Source: a virus
Reading direction: 5' to 3' (one strand)
Virus record (IMG/VR): IMGVR_UViG_3300037963_005450
Location: 1 to 64,000 of that record
Length of the DNA: 64,000 nucleotides
The first letter of the stretch is position 1. Every line of letters starts with the position of its first letter. The position numbers were made by a program, and so were the translations under genes. The notes under the pieces are model-generated. The model saw only the letters and a program-made list of their open reading frames with translations, made no database searches and was not told where the DNA came from. Of this stretch, positions 1 to 8,100 are shown piece after piece.

Positions 1-623
1 TCCGCCTTTGTAATTTTTAAGAGTGCATGATTTAAATTATTTGGTCCTACAGAGATTTGTAATAAGTCAAATATTGCTTTATAAGTAGAACCAGAATTAA
101 ATCTCATAGTTGCTGCTTCATTCCAAGTATTAAAATTACCGGAAGTATCAACTAAATAAAATTGATCAATACCACCTGGTTGAGAAGGAGGTCCTGATGG
201 AGGTCCACCAACACCAGATGCTGTAGGTGCAACATAAGTTAATGTAAAATGTTCTCCACCACCACCTGATCCAGCTGGTCCTGCTGGCCCTTGAGGTCCA
301 GTAGCACCCGTAGCTCCTGTGGCTCCTGTTGCTCCATTTGCACCCGGATCTCCTTGAGGACCCTGAGCACCTGTTGCACCAGTAGCTCCTGTAGCACCAG
401 CAGGGCCTTGAGGCCCAACATTTCCTTGTGGTCCTGTATTTCCTTGAGGTCCTGTGGCTCCCTGTGGGCCAGTTGCTCCGGCTGGTCCTTGTGGACCTTG
501 TGGGCCTGGAGTACCAAGAGCTAAATTACTTTGAATAGTACTATCAATGTTTTTTACTTGAGCATGTAGATCTTTAAATCTTACAACACCTAATGCTTTA
601 CCTGATACTTTTTTTGTTCCCAT
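1..623 (-). CDS. Collagen-like triple-helix protein (probable fibre/decoration), 3' end outside window
   Basis: Not in the ORF track. My translation from the ATG at 623: [22 protein letters not shown]...[19 protein letters not shown]...[16 protein letters not shown]..., open to position 1. TAATG overlap with the upstream ORF. Confidence 0.85.
   Translation of the reverse strand, partial: MGTKKVSGKALGVVRFKDLHAQVKNIDSTIQSNLALGTPGPQGPQGPAGATGPQGATGPQGNTGPQGNVGPQGPAGATGATGATGAQGPQGDPGANGATGATGATGATGPQGPAGPAGSGGGGEHFTLTYVAPTASGVGGPPSGPPSQPGGIDQFYLVDTSGNFNTWNEAATMRFNSGSTYKAIFDLLQISVGPNNLNHALLKITKA
263..515 (-). repeat. About 27 uninterrupted Gly-X-Y collagen triplets
   Basis: [33 protein letters not shown] ... 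GPA GPA; locally GC-rich with 9-nt periodicity. Confidence 0.9.
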
Positions 624-760
624 TATTTACCGTATTTATGTAAACCTCTTTTAGTAGAATTTTTTTGATCATAAACTGATTTTATTTTTCCACTTTGCAA
701 TAACTTACTGGGTTGACTTTTTTTTACCCTTTTGGTTTTTTTACCACATCCACAACCCAT
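623..760 (-). CDS. Small basic protein with N-terminal CGC motif (45 aa)
   Basis: Below the ORF-track cutoff. [45 protein letters not shown] fills the gap exactly and its stop overlaps the next ATG (TAATG). Confidence 0.7.
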   Translation of the reverse strand: MGCGCGKKTKRVKKSQPSKLLQSGKIKSVYDQKNSTKRGLHKYGK

Positions 761-764
761 AATA

Positions 765-965
765 TTATTTTTTCTTCATTGGTAACCCTTTGTATGTTTT
801 ACATACTCCGCCACCCATTCTGTATAAAGGTTTATTTTTAACTTCTGAACCAGTTTTATAAACTTCTTTACCTTTTTTCATCATCTGCATACCTGCAAGA
901 TCCTCTTTATACTGAGCCATCCCGGCTGCATCATAAGAGTATTTTTTTCCGTTTAAATTAGGCAT
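765..965 (-). CDS. Small basic protein with three GG-type motifs (66 aa)
   Basis: ORF track; contains MKKGKE, YKTGSE and YRMGGG; tightly packed in the operon. Confidence 0.75.
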   Translation of the reverse strand: MPNLNGKKYSYDAAGMAQYKEDLAGMQMMKKGKEVYKTGSEVKNKPLYRMGGGVCKTYKGLPMKKK

Positions 966-1230
966 CTTTTTTCTTTTTATTAGTTGAACCTTTTTTTCTT
1001 CCTGGACGTTTTTTACCAGCTGCTGCTTTTGCTACATCACCAGCTTGATCGGCAACTTCAGCTATTGCTTCACCCACATCTTTGAGTTCTTCACCAACTG
1101 CTTTTACTCTTCGTTTAGTCTCTTTGGCTACTTCTATAGCTTTTTCGTCTATTGTAGTTTGATCCCAAACCCAATCCCAACCTTTTTTAAGGCTGAATGT
1201 CCATATACCGTTTAAAATTGTTTTAATCAT
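958..1230 (-). CDS. Hypothetical protein with amphipathic helix and AT-hook-like basic tail
   Basis: C-terminal KKRPGRKKGSTNKKKK resembles an AT-hook (GRPKGSKNK); promoter-like motif lies just upstream. Confidence 0.7.
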   Translation of the reverse strand: MIKTILNGIWTFSLKKGWDWVWDQTTIDEKAIEVAKETKRRVKAVGEELKDVGEAIAEVADQAGDVAKAAAGKKRPGRKKGSTNKKKKDA

Positions 1231-1249
1231 GATTATTAGTTTATACTAT

Positions 1250-1260
1250 TAATATACAAA
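1250..1260 (-). promoter_or_regulatory. Putative late promoter motif TTTGTATATTA (copy 1)
   Basis: Exact motif about 20 nt upstream of the ATG at 1230; recurs in six other intergenic gaps. Confidence 0.6.
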
Positions 1261-1264
1261 AAAT

Positions 1265-1579
1265 TTATATATTTTTCAAACGTTCATTTTCCTTTTCAAG
1301 ATGCTCAACCTTAACTTGAAGTGCTGATACCTCACTTGTTAAAGAAAGAATTTGTTCTCTCATCTCGTCTTTTTCTTTAGAACTTTCTTCTAATAAAGCT
1401 TCTAATTTTTTTACTCTTTCTCGTAAATCATCTCTGTACATATTTTTTTCTGATTTTTCATCTGAACTTTCTGCATGTTTTAGTGCCATCCTTTTTTCAT
1501 AAAATTTCCAAGCACCAGCTGAAAACAAAACTGTAAACAGAGATACAAGTACTGTGGTTAAACTATCTAAACTTTCCAT
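1265..1579 (-). CDS. Holin-like protein (one N-terminal TM helix plus coiled coil)
   Basis: Hydrophobic TTVLVSLFTVLFSAGAW followed by a charged heptad region; lysis role is inferred. Confidence 0.55.
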   Translation of the reverse strand: MESLDSLTTVLVSLFTVLFSAGAWKFYEKRMALKHAESSDEKSEKNMYRDDLRERVKKLEALLEESSKEKDEMREQILSLTSEVSALQVKVEHLEKENERLKNI

Positions 1580-1583
1580 TATA

Positions 1584-1991
1584 TCATTTTTTAAGGCAAG
1601 ATTTTTTTGAATAATACCTTGCTGTAACTCTCTTTAAACTTGTTAAAGCACTAAATGCAACAAATATCCATCCTAAATGGGTTGCATCCTTTAATAGCCG
1701 TCCATCACACAAAAACAACATGCAAGCTAATAAAGACAATAAAAAACATGCATAAGCAAAAGTTTTTCTTTTACGTAAAGTAAAAAAACAAACTGCTCTT
1801 AATGTACCATAACCAATTAAAATACTTGGAATGACAATCCAAAGGTTTAAACCTATTTCTAAAATGTAAATAAGAGGGAAAAATATGAACCATATCAAAC
1901 CCTGCATAATTTCAGTAGGTTCTGAATCATAATACTTTAGTATATGAGCCAATTTTTTTAACATCGTAAATAAACAAAATTTTACATGCAT
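1584..1991 (-). CDS. Multi-pass membrane protein (about 4 TM), possibly lysis-related
   Basis: Four hydrophobic stretches; the true start may be the ATG at 1964. Confidence 0.65.
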   Translation of the reverse strand: MHVKFCLFTMLKKLAHILKYYDSEPTEIMQGLIWFIFFPLIYILEIGLNLWIVIPSILIGYGTLRAVCFFTLRKRKTFAYACFLLSLLACMLFLCDGRLLKDATHLGWIFVAFSALTSLKRVTARYYSKKSCLKK

Positions 1992-2012
1992 TAATATTTA
2001 ATGCTTATAATA

Positions 2013-2023
2013 TAATATACAAA
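2013..2023 (-). promoter_or_regulatory. Putative late promoter motif TTTGTATATTA (copy 2)
   Basis: Exact motif in the divergent intergenic gap. Confidence 0.6.
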
Positions 2024-2041
2024 GAAATTATTAAATTTCCT

Positions 2042-2049
2042 TAATTTTG
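2042..2049 (+). promoter_or_regulatory. Bacteroidota-type -7 element TAnnTTTG
   Basis: TAATTTTG about 20 nt upstream of the ATG at 2071 matches the Bacteroidota housekeeping -7 consensus; no clear -33 TTTG. Confidence 0.45.
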
Positions 2050-2070
2050 AACAATATAAACTAAACTTAT

Positions 2071-2277
2071 ATGGAAGAAAAACAACCAAAAGTTAAAACT
2101 AGCATTAGTTTAAACAATAAACATAGACTTTTTCTAGATTTTTTACCCCAAGAACCAATGCTTGGAATTAAAATTAGAAACTGTGAAGTAAGAGATGATA
2201 ATGAAGAATTTCAAAATTGTGTTGGCATACACATTGGAATATTTTTTATAACATTAGGTTATCATCATCTTGTATAG
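2071..2277 (+). CDS. Hypothetical protein (68 aa)
   Basis: ORF track; A-rich start context; first gene of the plus-strand island. Confidence 0.6.
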   Translation: MEEKQPKVKTSISLNNKHRLFLDFLPQEPMLGIKIRNCEVRDDNEEFQNCVGIHIGIFFITLGYHHLV

Positions 2278-2290
2278 TAAATTAAATTTC

Positions 2291-2335
2291 TGTATCTTAA
2301 AGATACAATGCCACAGATTAGCAAGGAGGCTAATC
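2291..2335 (+). promoter_or_regulatory. Two tandem inverted repeats in the nrdJ leader
   Basis: TGTATCTT-A-AAGATACA (2291-2307) and GATTAGC-aaggag-GCTAATC (2316-2335). Confidence 0.45.
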
Positions 2336-2368
2336 ATCATTTAATATTAACATTTTAAAACAATCAAT

Positions 2369-4228
2369 ATGGAATTAAGTAATCAAATTCTAAGTGAAAT
2401 CACTGTCTATATGAAGTACGCAAGATTTATTCCAGAATTAAACCGTAGGGAAAGTTGGAAAGAGCTTGTTACAAGAAATAAAAACATGCATATAAAGAAA
2501 TATCCTGATTTAAAAGATCAAATTAATGATGCTTATAAATTTGTTTATGATAAAAAAGTTTTACCATCAATGAGATCAATGCAATTTGGAGGTAAACCTA
2601 TTGAAATTAGTCCAAATAGAATTTATAACTGTGCATATTTACCTATAGATCATACTGATTCATTTAGTGAGATTATGTTTTTATTATTAGGAGGAACCGG
2701 TGTTGGTTACTCTGTACAAAAGCATCACGTAGCAAAATTACCACCTATTAATAAACCTTACCCAAAAAGGAAAAGAAGGTTTTTAATTGGTGATTCAATT
2801 GAAGGTTGGGCAGATGCTGTTAAAGTTCTTATGAAATCTTACTTAAATGGTAAAGGTTCTCGTATTGAATTTGACTATTCTGATATCCGTCCAAAAGGTG
2901 CAAGACTTGTTACATCTGGTGGTAAGGCCCCTGGTCCTCAACCACTTAAAGAATGTATTGTTAAACTAACCGGTATTTTAGAAAGTAAAGAAGATGGTGA
3001 TAAACTATCAACATTAGAAGTGCATGATATTGTTTGTCATATTGCTGATGCAGTATTGGCAGGTGGTATTCGTAGAGCTGCACTTATTAGTTTATTTTCT
3101 GCTGATGATAATGATATGATTGCAAGTAAGTCTGGTAACTGGTGGGAATTAAATCCACAACGTGGCCGTGCTAATAATTCTGCAGTTTTAATGAGACATA
3201 GAATTACTAAAGAATTCTTTATGGATCTATGGAAGCGTGTAGAAGCAAGTGGTGCTGGTGAACCAGGTATCTATTTCAACAATGACAAAGATTGGGGAAC
3301 TAATCCTTGTTGTGAAATTGCATTACGTCCATATCAATTCTGTAATTTATGTGAAGTTAATGTATCTAACATTGAATCACAGGAAGATCTTAATGCAAGA
3401 GTTAAAGCTGCTGCATTTATAGGAACTCTTCAGGCCGGATACACTGATTTTCATTATTTAAGAGATATATGGAGAGAAACTACAGAAAAAGATGCATTAA
3501 TTGGTGTATCAATGACTGGTATTGGTTCTGGTGCTGTACTTGGATATGATATGAGCAAAGCAGCAGATGTTGTAAAGAGAGAAAATAGTAGAGTAGCAAA
3601 ACTTATTGGTATTAATAAGTCTGCTAGAACTACAACTGTTAAACCTGCAGGAACTACATCTCTTACTTTAGGAACATCCTCTGGCATTCATGCATGGCAT
3701 AATGATTATTATATACGTACTTTACGTGTTGGTAAGAATGAAGCTATTTATGAGTATCTCTCTAAGAATATCCCTGAACTAGTTGAAGATGAGTATTTTA
3801 GTCCTCATACTACAGCTGTAATCAGTATTCCTCAAAAAGCTCCATCAGGTGCAATTATGAGAACTGAGTCTCCATTTCAATTATTAGATAGAGTTAAACG
3901 TATAGCACAAGAATGGATTAAACCAGGTCATAGAACTGGATCTAATACTCATAATGTTTCTGCAACAATTAGTTTAAAAGAAAATGAATGGGAAACTGCA
4001 GGTGATTGGATGTGGGATAACCGTGAATATTATAATGGTCTTTCTGTATTACCTTATAATGGTGGTACATATAAACAAGCTCCTTTTCAAGATATTACTA
4101 AGAAAGAATATGAAGATATGTTAGTATATCTAAAAGAAATAGATCTTTCTAAAATTATTGAAGAAAAGGATGAAACTAATCTAACAGGTGAATTAGCATG
4201 TGCTGGTGGTGCTTGTGAAATCCAATAA
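2369..4228 (+). CDS. nrdJ: Class II (adenosylcobalamin-dependent) ribonucleotide reductase, monomeric RTPR type
   Basis: PSMRSMQFGG, YNCAY, LLLGGTGVGYS, GGIRRAALI, TNPCCEIAL (radical Cys/Glu), FCNLCEVN, TTVKPAGT and C-terminal CAGGACEI redox pair; no small-subunit gene adjacent; no intein. Confidence 0.95.
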   Translation: MELSNQILSEITVYMKYARFIPELNRRESWKELVTRNKNMHIKKYPDLKDQINDAYKFVYDKKVLPSMRSMQFGGKPIEISPNRIYNCAYLPIDHTDSFSEIMFLLLGGTGVGYSVQKHHVAKLPPINKPYPKRKRRFLIGDSIEGWADAVKVLMKSYLNGKGSRIEFDYSDIRPKGARLVTSGGKAPGPQPLKECIVKLTGILESKEDGDKLSTLEVHDIVCHIADAVLAGGIRRAALISLFSADDNDMIASKSGNWWELNPQRGRANNSAVLMRHRITKEFFMDLWKRVEASGAGEPGIYFNNDKDWGTNPCCEIALRPYQFCNLCEVNVSNIESQEDLNARVKAAAFIGTLQAGYTDFHYLRDIWRETTEKDALIGVSMTGIGSGAVLGYDMSKAADVVKRENSRVAKLIGINKSARTTTVKPAGTTSLTLGTSSGIHAWHNDYYIRTLRVGKNEAIYEYLSKNIPELVEDEYFSPHTTAVISIPQKAPSGAIMRTESPFQLLDRVKRIAQEWIKPGHRTGSNTHNVSATISLKENEWETAGDWMWDNREYYNGLSVLPYNGGTYKQAPFQDITKKEYEDMLVYLKEIDLSKIIEEKDETNLTGELACAGGACEIQ

Positions 4229-4276
4229 TTATGTGTTGGATTGAAAGATTATATTATAATTTACCAATTTAATAAT

Positions 4277-4306
4277 AAGGGAAGTAGCAATGCTTCCCTT
4301 TTATTA
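4277..4306 (+). terminator. Rho-independent terminator after nrdJ
   Basis: AAGGGAAGTA-GCAA-TGCTTCCCTT stem with a GNRA loop, running into TTATT. Confidence 0.8.
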
Positions 4307-4385
4307 TAGCTATAACAAAGAAGTTTCTTAACATAAACATAACATTGTATTAAAAAAATCCCTATCTTTATAGGAAATATACCTT

Positions 4386-4658
4386 ATGAAATACATACTA
4401 TCAATATTAATGATAAGTATGTTCACTTTAAGTTATTCTCAAGCCTATGAGAAAAATTTGCTTAAAAAATCAAATAAAGTTACAGAAGCAAAAGATATGT
4501 TAGGGTATGATATAAAGGTCATTAAAGATAAAAAAGGGAATAAACTTTACATTGAACATACTATTGGAAATACATCCAGATTTGTTGTATATAAGAATAA
4601 CAAACAAGTAAGGCACGGAGTATTTTATACTGAAGAAACTTTAGCATCTAAAGATTAA
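4386..4658 (+). CDS. Small secreted protein with Sec signal peptide
   Basis: MKYILSILMISMFTLSYSQ is a typical Bacteroidota signal peptide with Gln at +1. Confidence 0.7.
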   Translation: MKYILSILMISMFTLSYSQAYEKNLLKKSNKVTEAKDMLGYDIKVIKDKKGNKLYIEHTIGNTSRFVVYKNNKQVRHGVFYTEETLASKD

Positions 4659-4898
4659 TTATAAAAATAAATGTTTTAACCAGGCTAATAAACCATTTAT
4701 ATTTAATGCTACTAAATTCCATTGCTTTCGTACAAGAACTTGTACAATAACACAACAAAACCCTAACACATAAAGTGCTGGCTCAATGGTCCATTGTGCT
4801 GCTATTAAAAATCCTGCACCTAAATACCCTATTCTACTGGCTATTCTTTCTGTTGCAGTTAGCTTTCTCTTCCTGTTGATTATGTTTGTCCAATTCAT
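4659..4898 (-). CDS. Small membrane protein (about 3 TM)
   Basis: Hydrophobic LGAGFLIAAQW / LYVLGFCCVIVQV / WNLVALNINGLLAW; its stop abuts the stop of the convergent gene. Confidence 0.7.
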   Translation of the reverse strand: MNWTNIINRKRKLTATERIASRIGYLGAGFLIAAQWTIEPALYVLGFCCVIVQVLVRKQWNLVALNINGLLAWLKHLFL

Positions 4899-5133
4899 TA
4901 CTATTATAATCTAACAAAAATCCTATTGCTACCAAAATATTCATACCAATAGATGAAAATATTTCTATTAAATCATGAAAATTGTGAATTGATAAATGTA
5001 TATGACCAACAATCCAAAAGGGTATGGCTAAATTTTGACTTATCCATATTAAAGTAAACTTTATAAATTTACTAATATTACTTGATATAAAAGTCTTTTT
5101 GATTTTCAAAATCAAACCATCTTTGAATACCAT
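4834..5133 (-). CDS. Small membrane protein; boundaries uncertain
   Basis: The core KFIKFTLIWISQNLAIPFWIVGHIHLS...GMNILVAIGFLLDY looks coding, but the ORF overlaps both neighbours by 56-65 nt. Confidence 0.5.
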   Translation of the reverse strand: MVFKDGLILKIKKTFISSNISKFIKFTLIWISQNLAIPFWIVGHIHLSIHNFHDLIEIFSSIGMNILVAIGFLLDYNSNELDKHNQQEEKANCNRKNSQ

Positions 5134-8100
5134 ATATTACTGGAACTGCATCCGCCCATTCTTTTGCTAGTTTAAGTTGACCTTTACGTGGCCTTCTTTG
5201 ATAATAAACTTCTGAATTTTTATAAAATTCTTCTGGTGGTTGAGTTAATCCATAATATGCATAATCTACAGTTGAAACAAAAGCTTCAGTTAATTCTCCC
5301 AATGTTCTTGTAGAAGCAACAGGAGATCCTACCATTTGCCATATTTGTTTTATACCATCTGGTGTAAACCATGCAAATTGTATTAATTCTTTATAAGCTC
5401 TATCTGCTTGATAAACTGTAGCATTTTTAAGCCTTCTCATTTCTGGTGAATCGTCATCATCATCTTCCCATAAACCTTTTAATATACTTGCTAATGTAAG
5501 TGTAGTTATCATTATAGCTACTTCACCGGCTGTTCTATATAGATTTAAAACTTTCATTTTAGCTCTATTGCCTTCACCATAATCTTTTTTAAATTGTTCT
5601 TTAAGATTACGCATATTAGCTTTATTTTTCCATAACCACTTAGTCATTTGTAATACAGTTGTATAACGGCCTTCTAACCAACCAAGATTTTCATCAAAAT
5701 ATTCAGATCTATATCTTGCTTTAATAGCCGGAACAACCCACTTATGAAATTGAGCTAATAACTCACCACCCCAATGTGCTTGAATTACCATTCTATCTTC
5801 ATGAGCATAGTTACCGTGTATTTGTTTATTTACCTCACGTATTTTATTTCTAAATTGATATCTCCAATCATCTGTAAAATCTTTCCACTGCCTTTCCGCA
5901 TTATTTGGATTAGCACTATTACGTTCTCCTACTTGATCATAACCTTCTTTTAATTTTAATTTATGAGTAACTGAATCAAATTCCATAGCATCCCATAAAC
6001 TTAATGTTTCTCCGTTTGGCCCATCTTCACTTCTTCTAACTTGAACATCCATAATCATGGCCATTCCTACTTTAGTTTGTACATTATATTCCGCACCATC
6101 TTGTAGTAAGTAACCTAAATCCATAAGTTTAGAAAACAAACCTTTTTTTCCATTATAACCTGATTCACGGATATCTGCAGTATTATCCATCATTCTAAAT
6201 AATTCAACAAAAGCTTCATATTTTGATTGTGGTTCATACTGATCATATTGACCTGATGTAAAATTTTTTCCAGCAAAAGCAGTTTTTCTTACAAGATCTG
6301 GTAAAACTCTTTTATCAAATTCAGCTGTAGCTCTTGCATATGATTTGGCAGAAAAATATCTTTGTCCTGCCACTTCTATTCCATTATTTAATCTTGCAAT
6401 AACATAGTTATTTATATTTCCAAATGGGTTCCATGCAACATATGACAATGAAGAATATCTAATTAATTTAGATACTATTTTATCACCGGTAGATTTACTC
6501 ATTGCGTCATTGTTATAGTAAACCATGCTTAACCATTTTTTTGCTCTTTTATAAACAAGTGAATCTGTACCTTTAACTTCTCCAATTCTTTCTTTTCTAC
6601 CTTTTACATATGCTGTAACAACATTGTCACTTGTTGTATAAGTTCTTTTTTCTATTACTTTAAGAAAAGCATTTAATGTATCTTCTGCTTGGCCCATAAC
6701 TTCATAATTTTCTGCCATTGCAGTAAATCTTAATAAACTATCCGCCATATCTTTACTTAACTCTTCTCTTGTAGGAACTTGTCTTATTTTAGCTTCTTCT
6801 CCTTTTAGGATTGCCATTTCTTTTTCATAGTTTTCAAATGTTATCCCATTAACACCTCCCTTTTGATATCTTTCTTCTAATGCTTCTATATCATCAAGAA
6901 TTTTTTTCAATTGTTCTTCTGTTCTTGGGCTACCTGTATAAAATATAGGTAACTGATCAGTTAAATTACCTTGTTCATCTAAAACTACTCTTTTACTATG
7001 TGCAGTACTTGTAAAAAAATCTTTAGTACCCCTACTCATTTTAGTCCATAGATTAGCTACTACATTTGGTTTTGCTTTTAAGCTTTCAAAGAAAGTATTT
7101 TTAATTAAAGGCATTTTACCTAACATTTTGTCTCTAGTAGTCATGGGTAATTTTTCCAACATGTCATTGTAAATCTCTACATAAGTTTCATAAAATGCTT
7201 TTCTAGCTTCTCCTAAAGCATCTGTAGGATTCATAATTTCTTGATATTTTTTACTTAACTGTGATCTAGATACACCGTTATCATCATAATAACTTTCTTG
7301 TATTTTTACAAACTTTCTTTTAGGGAAATATCTTGTAGGAACTTCATAAACTTTTCCTGTAAATTCACCATTAATATATTCTGCTTTAGTAAGCCCATCT
7401 CTTTGATCATAATATTTAACTAAATATTTTTGATACTTTGCGTGAGATATTCCCGGCTTTGCTTCCCAATGTCCATGATTGTCTCCTACTTGTACATATC
7501 TTTCATGTTCTAATCTTGCATTTATAAATTCATCATCATAATAATGATATTTACCTTTTCTTAATTTACCGCCCTCTGTATATTCAGCTCTCATAAATAA
7601 AGCAAATTCTGTTTTTCTTTTATGAAGCTCTTTATTATATTTAATATTTTCTCTACCTTCTGGAGTTCTTTTAGCTTCTTCTATATCATCAATCTCTCTA
7701 TATTGTAGTGGTGTACCACTAGCGTCAGATAGTTTGCTATATAATTCTTTCTTTTGATTATAATATTGTTGACCAATTTTTTGAACAATCATTCCTGTTG
7801 GAACACCTTCTTCATCAAATTCTAACATATAATCATAAAATTCATTTTGATCATTTCCTGGAGATAGTTTAGCTAAAGCTGAAGCAGCTTGTCTTATTCT
7901 ATATTCTCTATTAGCAATATTATCTAAAACTTGTTGGCGTTTTGCTTTAAATATTTTATCCATTAATGCTAGCAATGTATCTTTTGATGTAGATAAATCA
8001 TATGTCCCATATTCAAAAAGACCTATATCTTCACCTAATTTTAATACTTGATCTAAAGTAGCATCATCTAAATCTTCTCTATTACTATTTTCTTTTACAT

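Noticed and set aside
239-524. Track ORFs 239..517 (-) and 291..524 (+)
   Set aside because: Shadow frames of the collagen repeat; the G-X-Y frame starting at 623 is the coherent gene.
2278-2368. Cobalamin riboswitch or NrdR box upstream of nrdJ
   Set aside because: The gap is only about 90 nt with no B12-box, and the palindrome does not match the NrdR consensus.
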